Shown piece after piece: positions 16,095 through 25,569 of a stretch of DNA of 61,863 bases. Origin of the DNA: Candidatus Parcubacteria bacterium (GTDB lineage Bacteria > Patescibacteriota > Minisyncoccia > UBA6257 > 2-01-FULL-56-20). The position numbers were made by a program, and so were the translations under genes. The DNA lies in contig DAHVRZ010000004.1 of assembly GCA_027324805.1 (NCBI GenBank), positions 1-61,863 of the forward strand, read 5' to 3'. The stretch's first letter is position 1. The number at the start of each line of letters is the position of its first letter. Under the pieces are notes generated by a model, which was given only the letters and a program-made list of their open reading frames with translations, was not told the origin of the DNA and ran no database searches.

Positions 16095-16850
16095 TTATTT
16101 CTTCTTCGCCGGAGCCTTCTTCTTCGCCTCGGCCTTCGGTGCTTCGAACTCCTTTACCTCGACGACGCCCACTTTTTCGAAATGGTCCTTTAGGATCACC
16201 GAAGCCTTATGGAGCGCGGAGGAGGGGCTGATGGTGCCGTTGGTACCGATCTCGATGCGAAGCTTGTTGTAGTCGGTGCGATCCCCTACGCGCATATCAT
16301 CAACCGTGTAGTTCACGCGGATGACCGGCGTGAAGATGGCGTCGATCGCGATCGTGCCGATCGGGAGACGACCCTCCGTGCGGCGGCCCTCCGAGGCAAC
16401 ATAGCCGAGCCCGCGCTCGACACGCACCTCAATATCGATCTCCGCGTCCTTGGCGGTGAGATGGCCGAGCACTTCATCGGGATTTATGAGTTCGACATCG
16501 GAATTGATCTCGATATCGCCGCCTGTGATCTCGCCCTCGCCCTTCATCTTGAGCGAAAGGACCTGAGGTTCGTCGGTGTGCATTCGGAAATACAGCTTTT
16601 TGAAATTGAGCGAAAACTCGACGATGTCTTCCTGAAGTCCGGGGAGGGTAGAAAATTCGTGGGGCACACCCTTGATTTTAATCTCCGTCACCGCAGCGCC
16701 CGGCAGGGATGAAAGAAGTGCGCGGCGAAGTGCGGTACCGACCGTAAGGCCGTAGCCCGCGTAAAGGCCTTCGATCTCGAAGATGCCTTCCTTCGCATCC
16801 TCGGAGATGGTTTTTATGGAAACACTCGAACTGAGATGGGAGAACTCCAT
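16095..16850 (-). CDS. rpoA: DNA-directed RNA polymerase alpha subunit, N-terminal domain only
   Basis: GYGLTVGTALRRALLSSLPGAAV and the dimerisation/insert-domain pattern. It ends in a Lys/Ala tail (APKAEAKKKAPAKKK) about 250 aa in, with no HhH C-terminal domain. Start trimmed to MEFSHL. Confidence 0.9.
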   Translation of the reverse strand: MEFSHLSSSVSIKTISEDAKEGIFEIEGLYAGYGLTVGTALRRALLSSLPGAAVTEIKIKGVPHEFSTLPGLQEDIVEFSLNFKKLYFRMHTDEPQVLSLKMKGEGEITGGDIEINSDVELINPDEVLGHLTAKDAEIDIEVRVERGLGYVASEGRRTEGRLPIGTIAIDAIFTPVIRVNYTVDDMRVGDRTDYNKLRIEIGTNGTISPSSALHKASVILKDHFEKVGVVEVKEFEAPKAEAKKKAPAKKK

Positions 16851-16875
16851 GGGATTGATTATATATAATGGGGTT

Positions 16876-17499
16876 TTATTTGCTGAATGAATCGACCAGA
16901 AGGTTGATCTCAAAAGGAGGATTGAGGTCGGTGGGTGCGCTCAAAACCTCGCCCTCGAGCTTGCCCGCATCCATGCGGAGCCAGGACGGCGCTTCGTATT
17001 TTTCGATAAGTTCCTTGCGTGATACAACTGCGGCGATCGCATTCGAAGCGGGATTAATGGTGATAACATCCCCTTTTTCGACCTCGTAACCCGGGGATTT
17101 CACTTTTCGTTTATTCACAAACACATGTCCATGAAGGACGAGCTGACGGGCGGCCGCACGGGACGGCGTCCAACCGAGCTGGAATACGACATTATCGAGA
17201 CGGCATTCCATGATCTCGAGCATCTTGGCGCCGAGCGCACCTTTGGCTGCCTGCGCACGGGTAAAAATCCTCTTAAGATTTTCTTCGTTGAGGCCGTACA
17301 TGATCTTGAACTTGTTCTTTTCGCGAAGCTGGAGGCCGAATTCCGAAAGCGCCTTTGAACGGCCGGTGGGGCCGTGCGCACCGGGCTTATACGGCTTGCG
17401 GACGGCGGCGGACTTCGGCGAAAGAGCACGCTCGCCCTTCAGGCCGAGGCGCACACCGAGCGCGCGTTCTTTTTTCTCTTTGGGACCTCTCAGGCTCAT
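16876..17499 (-). CDS. rpsD: 30S ribosomal protein S4
   Basis: LQLREKNKFKIMYG, ECRLDNVVFQLGW and an S4 RNA-binding domain. Confidence 0.95.
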   Translation of the reverse strand: MSLRGPKEKKERALGVRLGLKGERALSPKSAAVRKPYKPGAHGPTGRSKALSEFGLQLREKNKFKIMYGLNEENLKRIFTRAQAAKGALGAKMLEIMECRLDNVVFQLGWTPSRAAARQLVLHGHVFVNKRKVKSPGYEVEKGDVITINPASNAIAAVVSRKELIEKYEAPSWLRMDAGKLEGEVLSAPTDLNPPFEINLLVDSFSK

Positions 17500-17518
17500 G
17501 GTTGTATATAGATTGAAA

Positions 17519-17971
17519 TTATACCCTCCGCACCTTTACCGGACGGGGACCGTTATGGGGAACAGGCGTCGCATCTTTGATGGAAGTGACGTTGAAGCCG
17601 TGATTGATGAGCGAACGGATGGCGGAATCGCGGCCGGAACCGATCCCCTTCACAATGACCGCTACATCCTGCGGCCCGGTGTTCTGGATCTTCTCGGCGA
17701 TCGCGGCGATCACTTTCGAGGAAGCGAACGGTGTGGCCTTCTTCGGGCCGGAGAATCCGAGCGATCCGGCCGAAGCCCATGCGATCACATTGCCCTTCTC
17801 ATCGGTCACGGTCACAACCGTGTTGTTGTATGTGGCGTTGACAAAAACCTTGCCGGCCTGAACCCGGCGGGATTTTTTCGCACCAGCAGCCTTTGCGACG
17901 GTAGCCTCGACCGCCGCCGCTTCCTTGATGGCGGCATCCCCCGATTGCGTTGTTACCTGTTTCTTTCCCAT
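17519..17971 (-). CDS. rpsK: 30S ribosomal protein S11
   Basis: NNTVVTVTDEKGNVIAWASAG ... PVPHNGPRPVKVRRV. Confidence 0.95.
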   Translation of the reverse strand: MGKKQVTTQSGDAAIKEAAAVEATVAKAAGAKKSRRVQAGKVFVNATYNNTVVTVTDEKGNVIAWASAGSLGFSGPKKATPFASSKVIAAIAEKIQNTGPQDVAVIVKGIGSGRDSAIRSLINHGFNVTSIKDATPVPHNGPRPVKVRRV

Positions 17972-17992
17972 TGCTTGAATAATGATGATCCG

Positions 17993-18376
17993 TTACTTGA
18001 GGTCCACCTTACGCTTGCCGCTGCCGGCGGTCTTGCGGACATTTCCGCGAACCGTGCGCGAATTGGTTCGCGTACGCTGGCCACGGACGGGAAGCTTATG
18101 CGCATGGCGAAGACCGCGGTAAGCCTGGAGTTCCTTCAAACGATTGATATTGCCCCGGACGAGCTGACGAAGTTCACCTTCCACTGGATAGTTCTTCTCG
18201 AGGAAGTTCTGTATGCGGAGGATCTCGTCGGAGGTAAGGTCTTTGGCATTCTTGCCTTCGGTCACCTTCGCGGCAACAAGCGCGCGCTTACTGACCGCAG
18301 GACCGACGCCGTAAAGATACGTGAGCGCGATCTCGATCCTCTTGTTATCCGGAATGTTTACACCAAAAATACGCAT
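17993..18376 (-). CDS. rpsM: 30S ribosomal protein S13
   Basis: MRIFGVNIPDNKRIEIALTYLYGVG ... RGQRTRTNSRT. Confidence 0.95.
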   Translation of the reverse strand: MRIFGVNIPDNKRIEIALTYLYGVGPAVSKRALVAAKVTEGKNAKDLTSDEILRIQNFLEKNYPVEGELRQLVRGNINRLKELQAYRGLRHAHKLPVRGQRTRTNSRTVRGNVRKTAGSGKRKVDLK

Positions 18377-18385
18377 GACGGTTGA

Positions 18386-18499
18386 TTAGCCTTGCCGCTG
18401 TTTGTGTTTCGGATTCTTGCAGCGCACGTAAAGCTTGCCGTTGCGCTTCACGATCTGGCAGCTCGCGCAGATCTTTTTTATGGAACTCCGTACTTTCAT
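18386..18499 (-). CDS. rpmJ: 50S ribosomal protein L36
   Basis: Not in the ORF track. The minus strand reads [37 protein letters not shown]. Confidence 0.9.
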   Translation of the reverse strand: MKVRSSIKKICASCQIVKRNGKLYVRCKNPKHKQRQG

Positions 18500-18536
18500 T
18501 GCAGTATAGTAGTTGGAACTTGGTTTTTGGCCGTCA

Positions 18537-18746
18537 TTACAGCCGGCGCACGATCCTTCCACGATGGCCGTCAGGGCTCATCTCAACAAGAACCGTATCG
18601 CCCGGCAATACCCTGATGTTATGGATCTTCATCTTGCCGGCGAGATGGGACAGCACTTCCTCATCAAGGCCGTTTACCTTGACCCGGAAGCTCAACCCCG
18701 GCAGGGCTTCGATCACTTTTCCTTCAACCGCTTTCCCTTTTTCCAT
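18537..18746 (-). CDS. infA: translation initiation factor IF-1
   Basis: [16 protein letters not shown] ... [17 protein letters not shown]. Confidence 0.95.
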   Translation of the reverse strand: MEKGKAVEGKVIEALPGLSFRVKVNGLDEEVLSHLAGKMKIHNIRVLPGDTVLVEMSPDGHRGRIVRRL

Positions 18747-18826
18747 CAGCGATGTGCGGAAGCCGCGCGATTTCTCATGGAACGGGAAGTTCGATGCAGG
18801 AGTATTACCATAAAACCAATGAGAAG

Positions 18827-18855
18827 AGTATAGCCGACAAGTCTGACCTTGTCAA
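18827..18855 (-). promoter_or_regulatory. sigma-70-type promoter of the infA/alpha operon
   Basis: The minus strand reads TTGACA-17 nt-TATACT, about 75 nt upstream of the infA ATG. Confidence 0.6.
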
Positions 18856-18875
18856 ACCCGGGATACGCCGTCCCT

Positions 18876-20630
18876 TCAGTTTATGCTGATATGCACCTTT
18901 GCGGGATCGTTCGGGATGGTGCTGAGCCATGACGGCCATACGGATATCTCGGCGCTTGCGAGCTGGGGCAAGGCCGCGATCACCGTTCGGGCGTCCGCCG
19001 TATCCTTTCCGAGGAGCTGCTGCTCGAAGTCCACCGGCGAAAGCGCCGGCTCAAGATCGCCTTGCGCCGAAAGGGAGAATGAAACCTGCCCTTTGGGGAA
19101 GTTCGCTGAAACACTTCCGTAATTGAGATTCATATCGGCGAATGTTGAGCTCGCCTCCGTTCCCTGCGCCACTGCAAGGAGCGCGGATTTGAGTGCCGTT
19201 TCATCGAAGCCGATAGCGGACAAAGTCGCCGTAGCGAAGACAGTGAAATTCCCCTGGTCGTCGGTCGTGGTATTCACCGTGAGCTTGCCCGTGGTGATCT
19301 GCGTTGCACCATCGAGGATTTTGAAATTGTTCGGATAACTGCCGTTGAATCCGCCCTGCAGGCTTGCCTGAAGGTCGGCGGTGGTGCTCGCCTCGGCAGC
19401 CGCAATATCGGCAACGGTCGGCACCGCACGCATACCGGTAAAGCCGCCGGTCGTTGACGCGGTGATCGTTCCCCAGAAATAGTTGTATTGGGGATCCTTC
19501 TGGAATCCGGGGATGGTAAGCTTGGCCACGGGGCCTATGTTGTAATTGGGACCGGCCTGGTCGGCGACGATCGGTGCGGTGATGGATGAGGCGCGGAGCG
19601 AACCATTGGCGCCTTGCGTTGCGCCCGGCACGCTCACATTGTTCGTAATGCGGAATATCTTGCCGTCGGGAGTAAGGAAGCGCGTGGTCGCCACGAGCTC
19701 CTGGGGTTTCGTGCTGTAGTCGTTGTAAATGGTGATCATACCCGTGGCCTTGAGTGAGACGTTCTGCTGGCCGGAGGCTTTATAGGTATCGGTGATGTTC
19801 TTGTTGGATGTAAAGACCTGTCCCGCAAGAACGCCATTCGCAATATCATCCGTCGATGCCGATTTATCCACAGTGAGGTTGCCCTGCCAGGTCCACGGCG
19901 TCTTTTTGAAGGTGATGGTGATGTTCGCATGACTGAAATAAGCGCTTGCGATATATGCGCCGCCGAGCGCAAGGACAATGATGATGGCAATGACCGTCCA
20001 TACCCGCCCGCCGATGCGACGCCGCGGACCGTTATCTTCATCATCCTCGTCTTCGTCGTCATACCGTTTGACAGTGTGACCGTTGCGACCGCCGTGCGCA
20101 GCGGAAGGGCCGTACCCTTTGGGAGACGACGAAAAAACAGCCTCTTCTTCCTCTTCCTCTATTGAAGTGATGGAGGGCGCTTCCTCCTCCGCATCCTCCG
20201 TGTCTTCATCTTCCTCGATCTCGCCCTCTTCGGATTCAGGTTCCACTCTTTTCTTCTTGGAAGATGCGGTCGTTCCATTGCTCATGCGCGATTTGGGGAT
20301 AATGTCCGACATTCTTTTATTCTCGCCGTCGGTCGCTTCCGCGCCCTGCACGCCGCGCCAAAGCGGATGCGACGCCGGCATCCCGCACTCTTTTGCAAAC
20401 GCAAGCACGGTCTCGTCCACCGATTCGATGGACACCTCCTTGCCGGCGGCGTCGGTCTCGCGCTTCAGCAACCGAAAATTGCTCATCGAGCGCACAAGCG
20501 CCGAGCTGCGCGGTATGACGATCACCACCCGGTCTTCCTGCTCGTTTAAAATCTGGTCAATGACCTCGGCGATGCCATCCGCCTTCTCCACCACGATTTT
20601 TTTCATGTCTTTAAGTATATCACATATCAT
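18876..20630 (-). CDS. hypothetical single-pass membrane protein with an acidic disordered linker
   Basis: N-terminal globular part, E/D-rich low-complexity stretch, TM helix VWTVIAIIIVLALGGAYIASAYF, then an extracytoplasmic domain of about 350 aa. The start is ambiguous (20630 or 20606). The track's longer ORF overlaps the upstream gene. Confidence 0.6.
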   Translation of the reverse strand: MICDILKDMKKIVVEKADGIAEVIDQILNEQEDRVVIVIPRSSALVRSMSNFRLLKRETDAAGKEVSIESVDETVLAFAKECGMPASHPLWRGVQGAEATDGENKRMSDIIPKSRMSNGTTASSKKKRVEPESEEGEIEEDEDTEDAEEEAPSITSIEEEEEEAVFSSSPKGYGPSAAHGGRNGHTVKRYDDEDEDDEDNGPRRRIGGRVWTVIAIIIVLALGGAYIASAYFSHANITITFKKTPWTWQGNLTVDKSASTDDIANGVLAGQVFTSNKNITDTYKASGQQNVSLKATGMITIYNDYSTKPQELVATTRFLTPDGKIFRITNNVSVPGATQGANGSLRASSITAPIVADQAGPNYNIGPVAKLTIPGFQKDPQYNYFWGTITASTTGGFTGMRAVPTVADIAAAEASTTADLQASLQGGFNGSYPNNFKILDGATQITTGKLTVNTTTDDQGNFTVFATATLSAIGFDETALKSALLAVAQGTEASSTFADMNLNYGSVSANFPKGQVSFSLSAQGDLEPALSPVDFEQQLLGKDTADARTVIAALPQLASAEISVWPSWLSTIPNDPAKVHISIN

Positions 20631-20652
20631 TGCGCACGAACCACGCGAATGA

Positions 20653-21873
20653 TCATGCTGCGAGCCAATGAAGCCGTCTGCGCAGTTTCCGGTTAAGCTC
20701 GGTGTCGCTCTTGTCGAAATATGCCTCCACAAAAGGCAGGAGATGACGCGAGAGCGCGTGCGCCGAAAGAGCGACGGCGTCCTCTTTTCCGTCCGTGGCC
20801 ATCCCCTCGGCAAACCCGACAGCCCCGAACACTTCGGCAAGAGGCATGGATTCGAACACCGCATCGCCGTGTCGATGCGGCAGACCGAAAGGCATTCCGT
20901 ATGGGGCGTCGATGTAAAAGGATCCTTTCAATTTTTTTTTGGAGACTTCCGCAAAGAGCTCGTCGAACGCGGGATCGATCGTCCGTTTGAAGACGCGCGC
21001 CGCGGCATCGGAAAAGCCGCCGCCGCAATAAGTCCCGTAAAGCTCGCGCGCGACGGGACCGCTCACGCCGAATGCAGACGTGATGCGTCCGAAGACCTGG
21101 GCAAAGCTCCACGCGAACGTTTCGCGGTACAGTATAGGGTATCCATCCTTTCCGCGGCCCTCCTCAAGCACGAAAAGCGATGATGTCGCAGGAATGGTAC
21201 CGTCCGTCTCGTCAGCGAACACAAGATTGAGCGGCATCTTCCGCACGCGCGAAAGCGACGCAAGCCGCGATTGGGGCGACTCGGCGAAATAGAAATCCTC
21301 GGGTGCGTTGAAAAACTGTTTGAGCTTTTCAAAAAGCTCCCGGCTGGTAAAGGTGAGTTCAAGAAGGAGCGTCACCTTCTTCCCTGTGAATCCGGCGGGA
21401 TCCATCACGGCGTTTCCGTCCACTTTGAAAGCGCGCGCTTTTTCGCCGACAAGCAGCGCATCGAGTTCATGCACGTGGAGCCGCGACGCGGCCTCGGTGC
21501 GGCACCCGTTGAAGATCTTCGCCATCTCCTGGGCGATAAGGTTCTCGAGTTCCGGCACGGTGATCGGAAGCTTCGCTTCCGCAGGTTCGCGCGCGAGCTC
21601 GACCGGGATCGGGATCGTCGTCGCAAGCGACGGGTCTGCCACCGCAATCACCTTGCGATGGTCTTTGAAGAGGTATTTTCCCTCCCACGATTGCTGCGCC
21701 GCACGGCGCCAGGGTTTTTTGAAAAATTTAACGAGATCGATCCCGCGCAGAAAATGCTCGAACACGAGACGGTGTTCGTCGTCCACCGAAAGGAAAAGTC
21801 CGTTCACGCCGGACGGCATGACCTCGAGCGCCAGAAATTTTTCACGCGGCCGGAAGGGAGAGGAAAACTTCAC
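20653..21873 (-). CDS. hypothetical protein, possibly a divergent actin-fold (PilM/FtsA-like) protein
   Basis: GTG start 6 nt after TAAAAT. FLALEVMPSGVNGLFLSVD at the N-terminus and the overall length resemble PilM/FtsA, but the similarity is weak and seen by eye only. Confidence 0.5.
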   Translation of the reverse strand: MKFSSPFRPREKFLALEVMPSGVNGLFLSVDDEHRLVFEHFLRGIDLVKFFKKPWRRAAQQSWEGKYLFKDHRKVIAVADPSLATTIPIPVELAREPAEAKLPITVPELENLIAQEMAKIFNGCRTEAASRLHVHELDALLVGEKARAFKVDGNAVMDPAGFTGKKVTLLLELTFTSRELFEKLKQFFNAPEDFYFAESPQSRLASLSRVRKMPLNLVFADETDGTIPATSSLFVLEEGRGKDGYPILYRETFAWSFAQVFGRITSAFGVSGPVARELYGTYCGGGFSDAAARVFKRTIDPAFDELFAEVSKKKLKGSFYIDAPYGMPFGLPHRHGDAVFESMPLAEVFGAVGFAEGMATDGKEDAVALSAHALSRHLLPFVEAYFDKSDTELNRKLRRRLHWLAA

Positions 21874-21899
21874 TCTTCTATTTTAACACATCGTCACGG

Positions 21900-23816
21900 T
21901 CATTTTTCAATGACACCGCGGACGCGGCGAATGCCGGCACTTACCGCTTCCTCTTTCGCGATCCTGAACGTACCGCCGATCTCCCCCGTATGCGTAACGT
22001 GCGGACCGCCGCAGAACTCGATCGAGAACGCTTCCGCAAATTTCGGGTCAGCGAGGGTCGCGCCCTTCGGCCCGATCGAATACACCGACACGCGCTCCGG
22101 ATATTTCTGCCCGAACTCGTGCTCCGCGCCAAGCTTCTCGGCCTCTTCGCGCGGCATTTCGCTGCGCGTCACGGGAAGGTCCTCTTTTATTGCGTCGTTC
22201 ACAATCGTTTCGACGGCCGCCTTCTGCTCATCCGTCATCCTGCCGCCATCGTACGAAAAATCGAGGCGCAGGCGTTCGGCCGTAATATTGCTCCCCCGCT
22301 GTTTCACCTGCGGACCGAGGACGGTCTGCAGAGCCTTGAGGAGAAGATGGTGCGTTGTGTGAAGGCGTGTCGTCTCGGCGGACGCGTCAGCGAGGCCTCC
22401 TTTGAAGGTGCCCGCGGAGGCGGTGCGCGAAAGGTCGCGATGTTTCGTGAATTCCGATTCGAACTCGCTTTTATCTACGGGGATACCGCGCTCGGTCGCG
22501 ATCTCCTGAGTAAGTTCCCATGGAAATCCGTAGCTCTGATAGAGATCGAATGCATCGGTGCCGGTGACCGCACCGCCCCGCGCGCGCTTCTCGAACTCCT
22601 TGAGTCCATCTTTCACCGTCGCGCCGAACTTCCTGAATTCGTCCGTCACCGCCCTCGTGATCTCGGCACGGCGCACATCAAGATCGGGATACTGCTCTTT
22701 ATAATAGACACACACCGTCCCGACCATCATTTCGAGCCACCCGGCCTCCGGTTTCAGGGCATCGGAAAAGAGCGCCGCGCGGCGGAGCAGTTTGCGCAGC
22801 ATATAGCCCTGACCCTTGTTCGAAGGAAGGATACCGTCGCCGATGAGGAAAATTGCCCCGCGAAGATGGTCGAGGATGATGCGCACCTTGCGGACATCGC
22901 CCCCCGCGGGAAGGGCTTCCGACATCTTCCGGAAAATATCGATTGCGAATATGTCGCTGTCGCCGATCGACGCCGCCGTAATGCGCTCAAGCCCGCCGCC
23001 GAAGTCCACGTTGCGCTGTGCAAGCTTCTCGAACGTTCCGTCATCGCTTTTTTTGTATTCCATGAAAACGCTGTTGCCGATCTCAAGGAAACGGCCGCAG
23101 TCGCAGTTCGGATGGCAGTGGTCGCCGAACCGCACATCGTGCCTCGGATTTCCCGCCGCATCGCGCTCGCCGAAATCATAGAACACCTCAGAATCGGGTC
23201 CGCCCGGTTCGCCTGCCGGCATCTTGGAAGGCACGCCCGCACGGCTCCACCAGTTCTTTTTCACATCATACGAAAAGATGCGGCCGCCCTGCATGCCGGT
23301 TTTCCCGCCGTTCTCTTCCGAACCAAGGCGGACGTATTTCGGATCGCCGCCATCGACGCCTTTTTCGCCGAACAGTTTCTTCCAGATGGCAACCGATTCT
23401 TCGTCTGCGGGAATGCCGGTTGCATCGTCGCCGGCGAAGACGGTCACGTAAAGCCGCGAAGGATCAAGCCCGATGCCTTTCTCTGTGTCGGTCAAAAACT
23501 CGAACACCCATGGGAGTTGCTCCTCTTTGAAATAATCGCCGAGCGACCAGTTGCCGAGCATCTCGAAAAAGGTCGTATGCCGATTATCGCCGACCTCATT
23601 GATATCCTCCGCACGGAACGACTTCTGCGAATCGGCAAGGCGGCGTCCCTCCGGATGCTCCGCGCCCAAAAGATACGGTACGAGAGGCTGCATGCCGCTG
23701 CCGGTGAAAAGCGTCGTCGGATCGTTCTCCGGAACAAGCCGCGCCGAAGGGATGATGGCATGGCCGTGTTCTTTGTAGAAGGCAAAGAAGCGTTCGCGGA
23801 CTTCATTCAAGGTCAT
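21900..23816 (-). CDS. alaS: alanine--tRNA ligase (short form, ends after the editing domain)
   Basis: FFAFYKEHGHAIIPSARLVPENDPTTLFTGSGMQ. Editing-domain motifs HTTHHLL and CGGPHV. Start set to the ATG at 23816 (MTLNEV), 7 nt after TACTAT. The track's 834-aa ORF is an upstream read-through. Confidence 0.9.
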   Translation of the reverse strand: MTLNEVRERFFAFYKEHGHAIIPSARLVPENDPTTLFTGSGMQPLVPYLLGAEHPEGRRLADSQKSFRAEDINEVGDNRHTTFFEMLGNWSLGDYFKEEQLPWVFEFLTDTEKGIGLDPSRLYVTVFAGDDATGIPADEESVAIWKKLFGEKGVDGGDPKYVRLGSEENGGKTGMQGGRIFSYDVKKNWWSRAGVPSKMPAGEPGGPDSEVFYDFGERDAAGNPRHDVRFGDHCHPNCDCGRFLEIGNSVFMEYKKSDDGTFEKLAQRNVDFGGGLERITAASIGDSDIFAIDIFRKMSEALPAGGDVRKVRIILDHLRGAIFLIGDGILPSNKGQGYMLRKLLRRAALFSDALKPEAGWLEMMVGTVCVYYKEQYPDLDVRRAEITRAVTDEFRKFGATVKDGLKEFEKRARGGAVTGTDAFDLYQSYGFPWELTQEIATERGIPVDKSEFESEFTKHRDLSRTASAGTFKGGLADASAETTRLHTTHHLLLKALQTVLGPQVKQRGSNITAERLRLDFSYDGGRMTDEQKAAVETIVNDAIKEDLPVTRSEMPREEAEKLGAEHEFGQKYPERVSVYSIGPKGATLADPKFAEAFSIEFCGGPHVTHTGEIGGTFRIAKEEAVSAGIRRVRGVIEK

Positions 23817-23879
23817 GAACATTATAGTAAATGAGGCAGACGGTTTTTTCCAGGGACTACGTGGTATATACTCTATGAT

Positions 23880-24821
23880 ATGACCGATGGTGAAAAAACC
23901 GCCGCCGGGCGGAAATATGGCGATCCGCGGGACATCTATGCCGCAAACGCAGCGAATGAGCTCACAGAACACTATGTGTACGCCGCACTCGCGCGCCTGG
24001 AAAAGAACGCCGGCAACCGCGCGGCCCTCGAAAAGCTCTCGATGCAGGAAAAAACGCATTACGAATTCTGGAAGACCCTCCTTAAAGAAAAGGATGCGGC
24101 CGCGGCCGAACGGATCGCGCCCCGCAAAGCGACCGTCGCCGGCGCGAAGCTCCTGCGATCCGTTCTCGGCGTGACCTTTCTTACGAAACTCCTCGAGGAG
24201 CACGAAAAAGAGGCTCCGGAAAAATATGAGGCGCTCCGCCCCGTCGTCCCGGCTGAGCTTCAGGATCGGTTCACAAAGATCATAGAGGATGAGCACTCGC
24301 ACGAGCGCACCCTCATTGCCCAGCTCAAAGAGGCCCGCGTGAGCTATATCGGGTTCATCGTGCTCGGCCTCGCCGATGCGATCGTCGAGATTACGGGCGT
24401 CCACTCGGGATTTTTGGGAGTAACGGGCTCAACGCTCATCGCCGGCGTCGCTGGCGTCATCGTCGGCTTCGCGGCGGCCATCTCCATGGGCTCGGCGGCC
24501 TACCTCCAGGCAAAACAGGAACCGGATAAATCGGCGATCGCGTCCGCCTTCGCCACCGGCATATCATATTTCATCTCGGTCATATTCCTCGCACTCCCTT
24601 ACTTCCTCATCCGCACGATGGCAACGGCTTTCACCGTCTCGACCTCGGTCGGCATCGTGCTTATTGCCGCGTTCACCTTCTATGGCGCGGTCGTCTTCGA
24701 ACGGAAATTCTGGCGGGAGTTCGGCGAAGCGGCAGGACTCATGCTCATAACCGCCGTCGCAACCTTCATATGGGGCGCGATCATAGGGGCGATATTCCAC
24801 ATCAGTCCTACGCTCTTTTGA
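23880..24821 (+). CDS. VIT1/CCC1 family iron/manganese transporter with an N-terminal ferritin-like domain
   Basis: EHYVY...E..H and EDEHSHE ferritin-like pairs, followed by 5 TM helices with the GLADAIVEITG motif. Confidence 0.8.
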   Translation: MTDGEKTAAGRKYGDPRDIYAANAANELTEHYVYAALARLEKNAGNRAALEKLSMQEKTHYEFWKTLLKEKDAAAAERIAPRKATVAGAKLLRSVLGVTFLTKLLEEHEKEAPEKYEALRPVVPAELQDRFTKIIEDEHSHERTLIAQLKEARVSYIGFIVLGLADAIVEITGVHSGFLGVTGSTLIAGVAGVIVGFAAAISMGSAAYLQAKQEPDKSAIASAFATGISYFISVIFLALPYFLIRTMATAFTVSTSVGIVLIAAFTFYGAVVFERKFWREFGEAAGLMLITAVATFIWGAIIGAIFHISPTLF

Positions 24822-24824
24822 TGA

Positions 24825-25268
24825 TCAGCGGATCCTCTTCCGCACACTGAAAACCGTAAGCCCTTTTCTCCGGCCATAGCCGCATTTCGCTGCAAATCCG
24901 AAATTCTTCCGTTCCGTTTCGAAATAGACAGTGGTTCCCTTCACTGCGGGATGCCGCGCAAGTCGGTCCATCATCCGGATGCCGATGCCCTGACGCTGAT
25001 ATTCGGGGGCGACGATAAGATCGAGTACCTTCGTATCGATCGCGGAGTCGGTGAGTGCACGAAGAAGTCCCACAAGATCGCCCGCGCCGTTATGCGCCGA
25101 AATTATGACGTCGCAATGCGCAAGCGCGCGACGCAAGCGCGCCGTGGAATATCGGGTAGACGTCCCCCATCCGAGCTCGACATAGAGAGATGCCGCTTCC
25201 CGAGGATCCACGGATCGTGCTCCTTCGGAGAATACGATCCCTTCCGGTGCGGCGCCCGTTTTCTTCAT
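24825..25268 (-). CDS. GNAT family N-acetyltransferase
   Basis: VAPEYQRQGIGIRMMDRL acetyl-CoA binding motif. Confidence 0.8.
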   Translation of the reverse strand: MKKTGAAPEGIVFSEGARSVDPREAASLYVELGWGTSTRYSTARLRRALAHCDVIISAHNGAGDLVGLLRALTDSAIDTKVLDLIVAPEYQRQGIGIRMMDRLARHPAVKGTTVYFETERKNFGFAAKCGYGRRKGLTVFSVRKRIR

Positions 25269-25280
25269 GTGATAATAGTA

Positions 25281-25532
25281 TCAAAGGGATGACGGCTTTC
25301 CCAGACGCCTGAACCGCGCATCGCGGCAAAAGCGGTCCACCTCCTCCTCAAGCCGGTCTATTTTGAGGTCCATGGCCATAATAATATCGGCCATAAGATT
25401 CACTTCGCATCCGAGCTCTTCGAAAAGCACTTCGTGGAAACGCAGCGTTTCCACGAGATCGTCGGACCGCTCATGCCGTCGCGCGATCACTCTTTTTATA
25501 TTGTCCATCTCCATGGGACCATCATACCCCAT
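25281..25532 (-). CDS. small hypothetical coiled-coil protein
   Basis: 83-aa ORF trimmed to avoid the dnaJ overlap. No recognisable motif. Confidence 0.3.
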   Translation of the reverse strand: MGYDGPMEMDNIKRVIARRHERSDDLVETLRFHEVLFEELGCEVNLMADIIMAMDLKIDRLEEEVDRFCRDARFRRLGKPSSL

Positions 25533-25569
25533 GGGCAATAAAGAAAATCCGAAAATTCCCTGAAAAGGA

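Noticed and set aside
17210-18385. 391-aa plus-strand ORF
   Set aside because: It is antisense to rpsD, rpsK and rpsM, which are unambiguous. It is a shadow ORF.
21990-23834. 614-aa plus-strand ORF
   Set aside because: It is antisense to alaS. It is Arg-rich with low complexity and no motifs.
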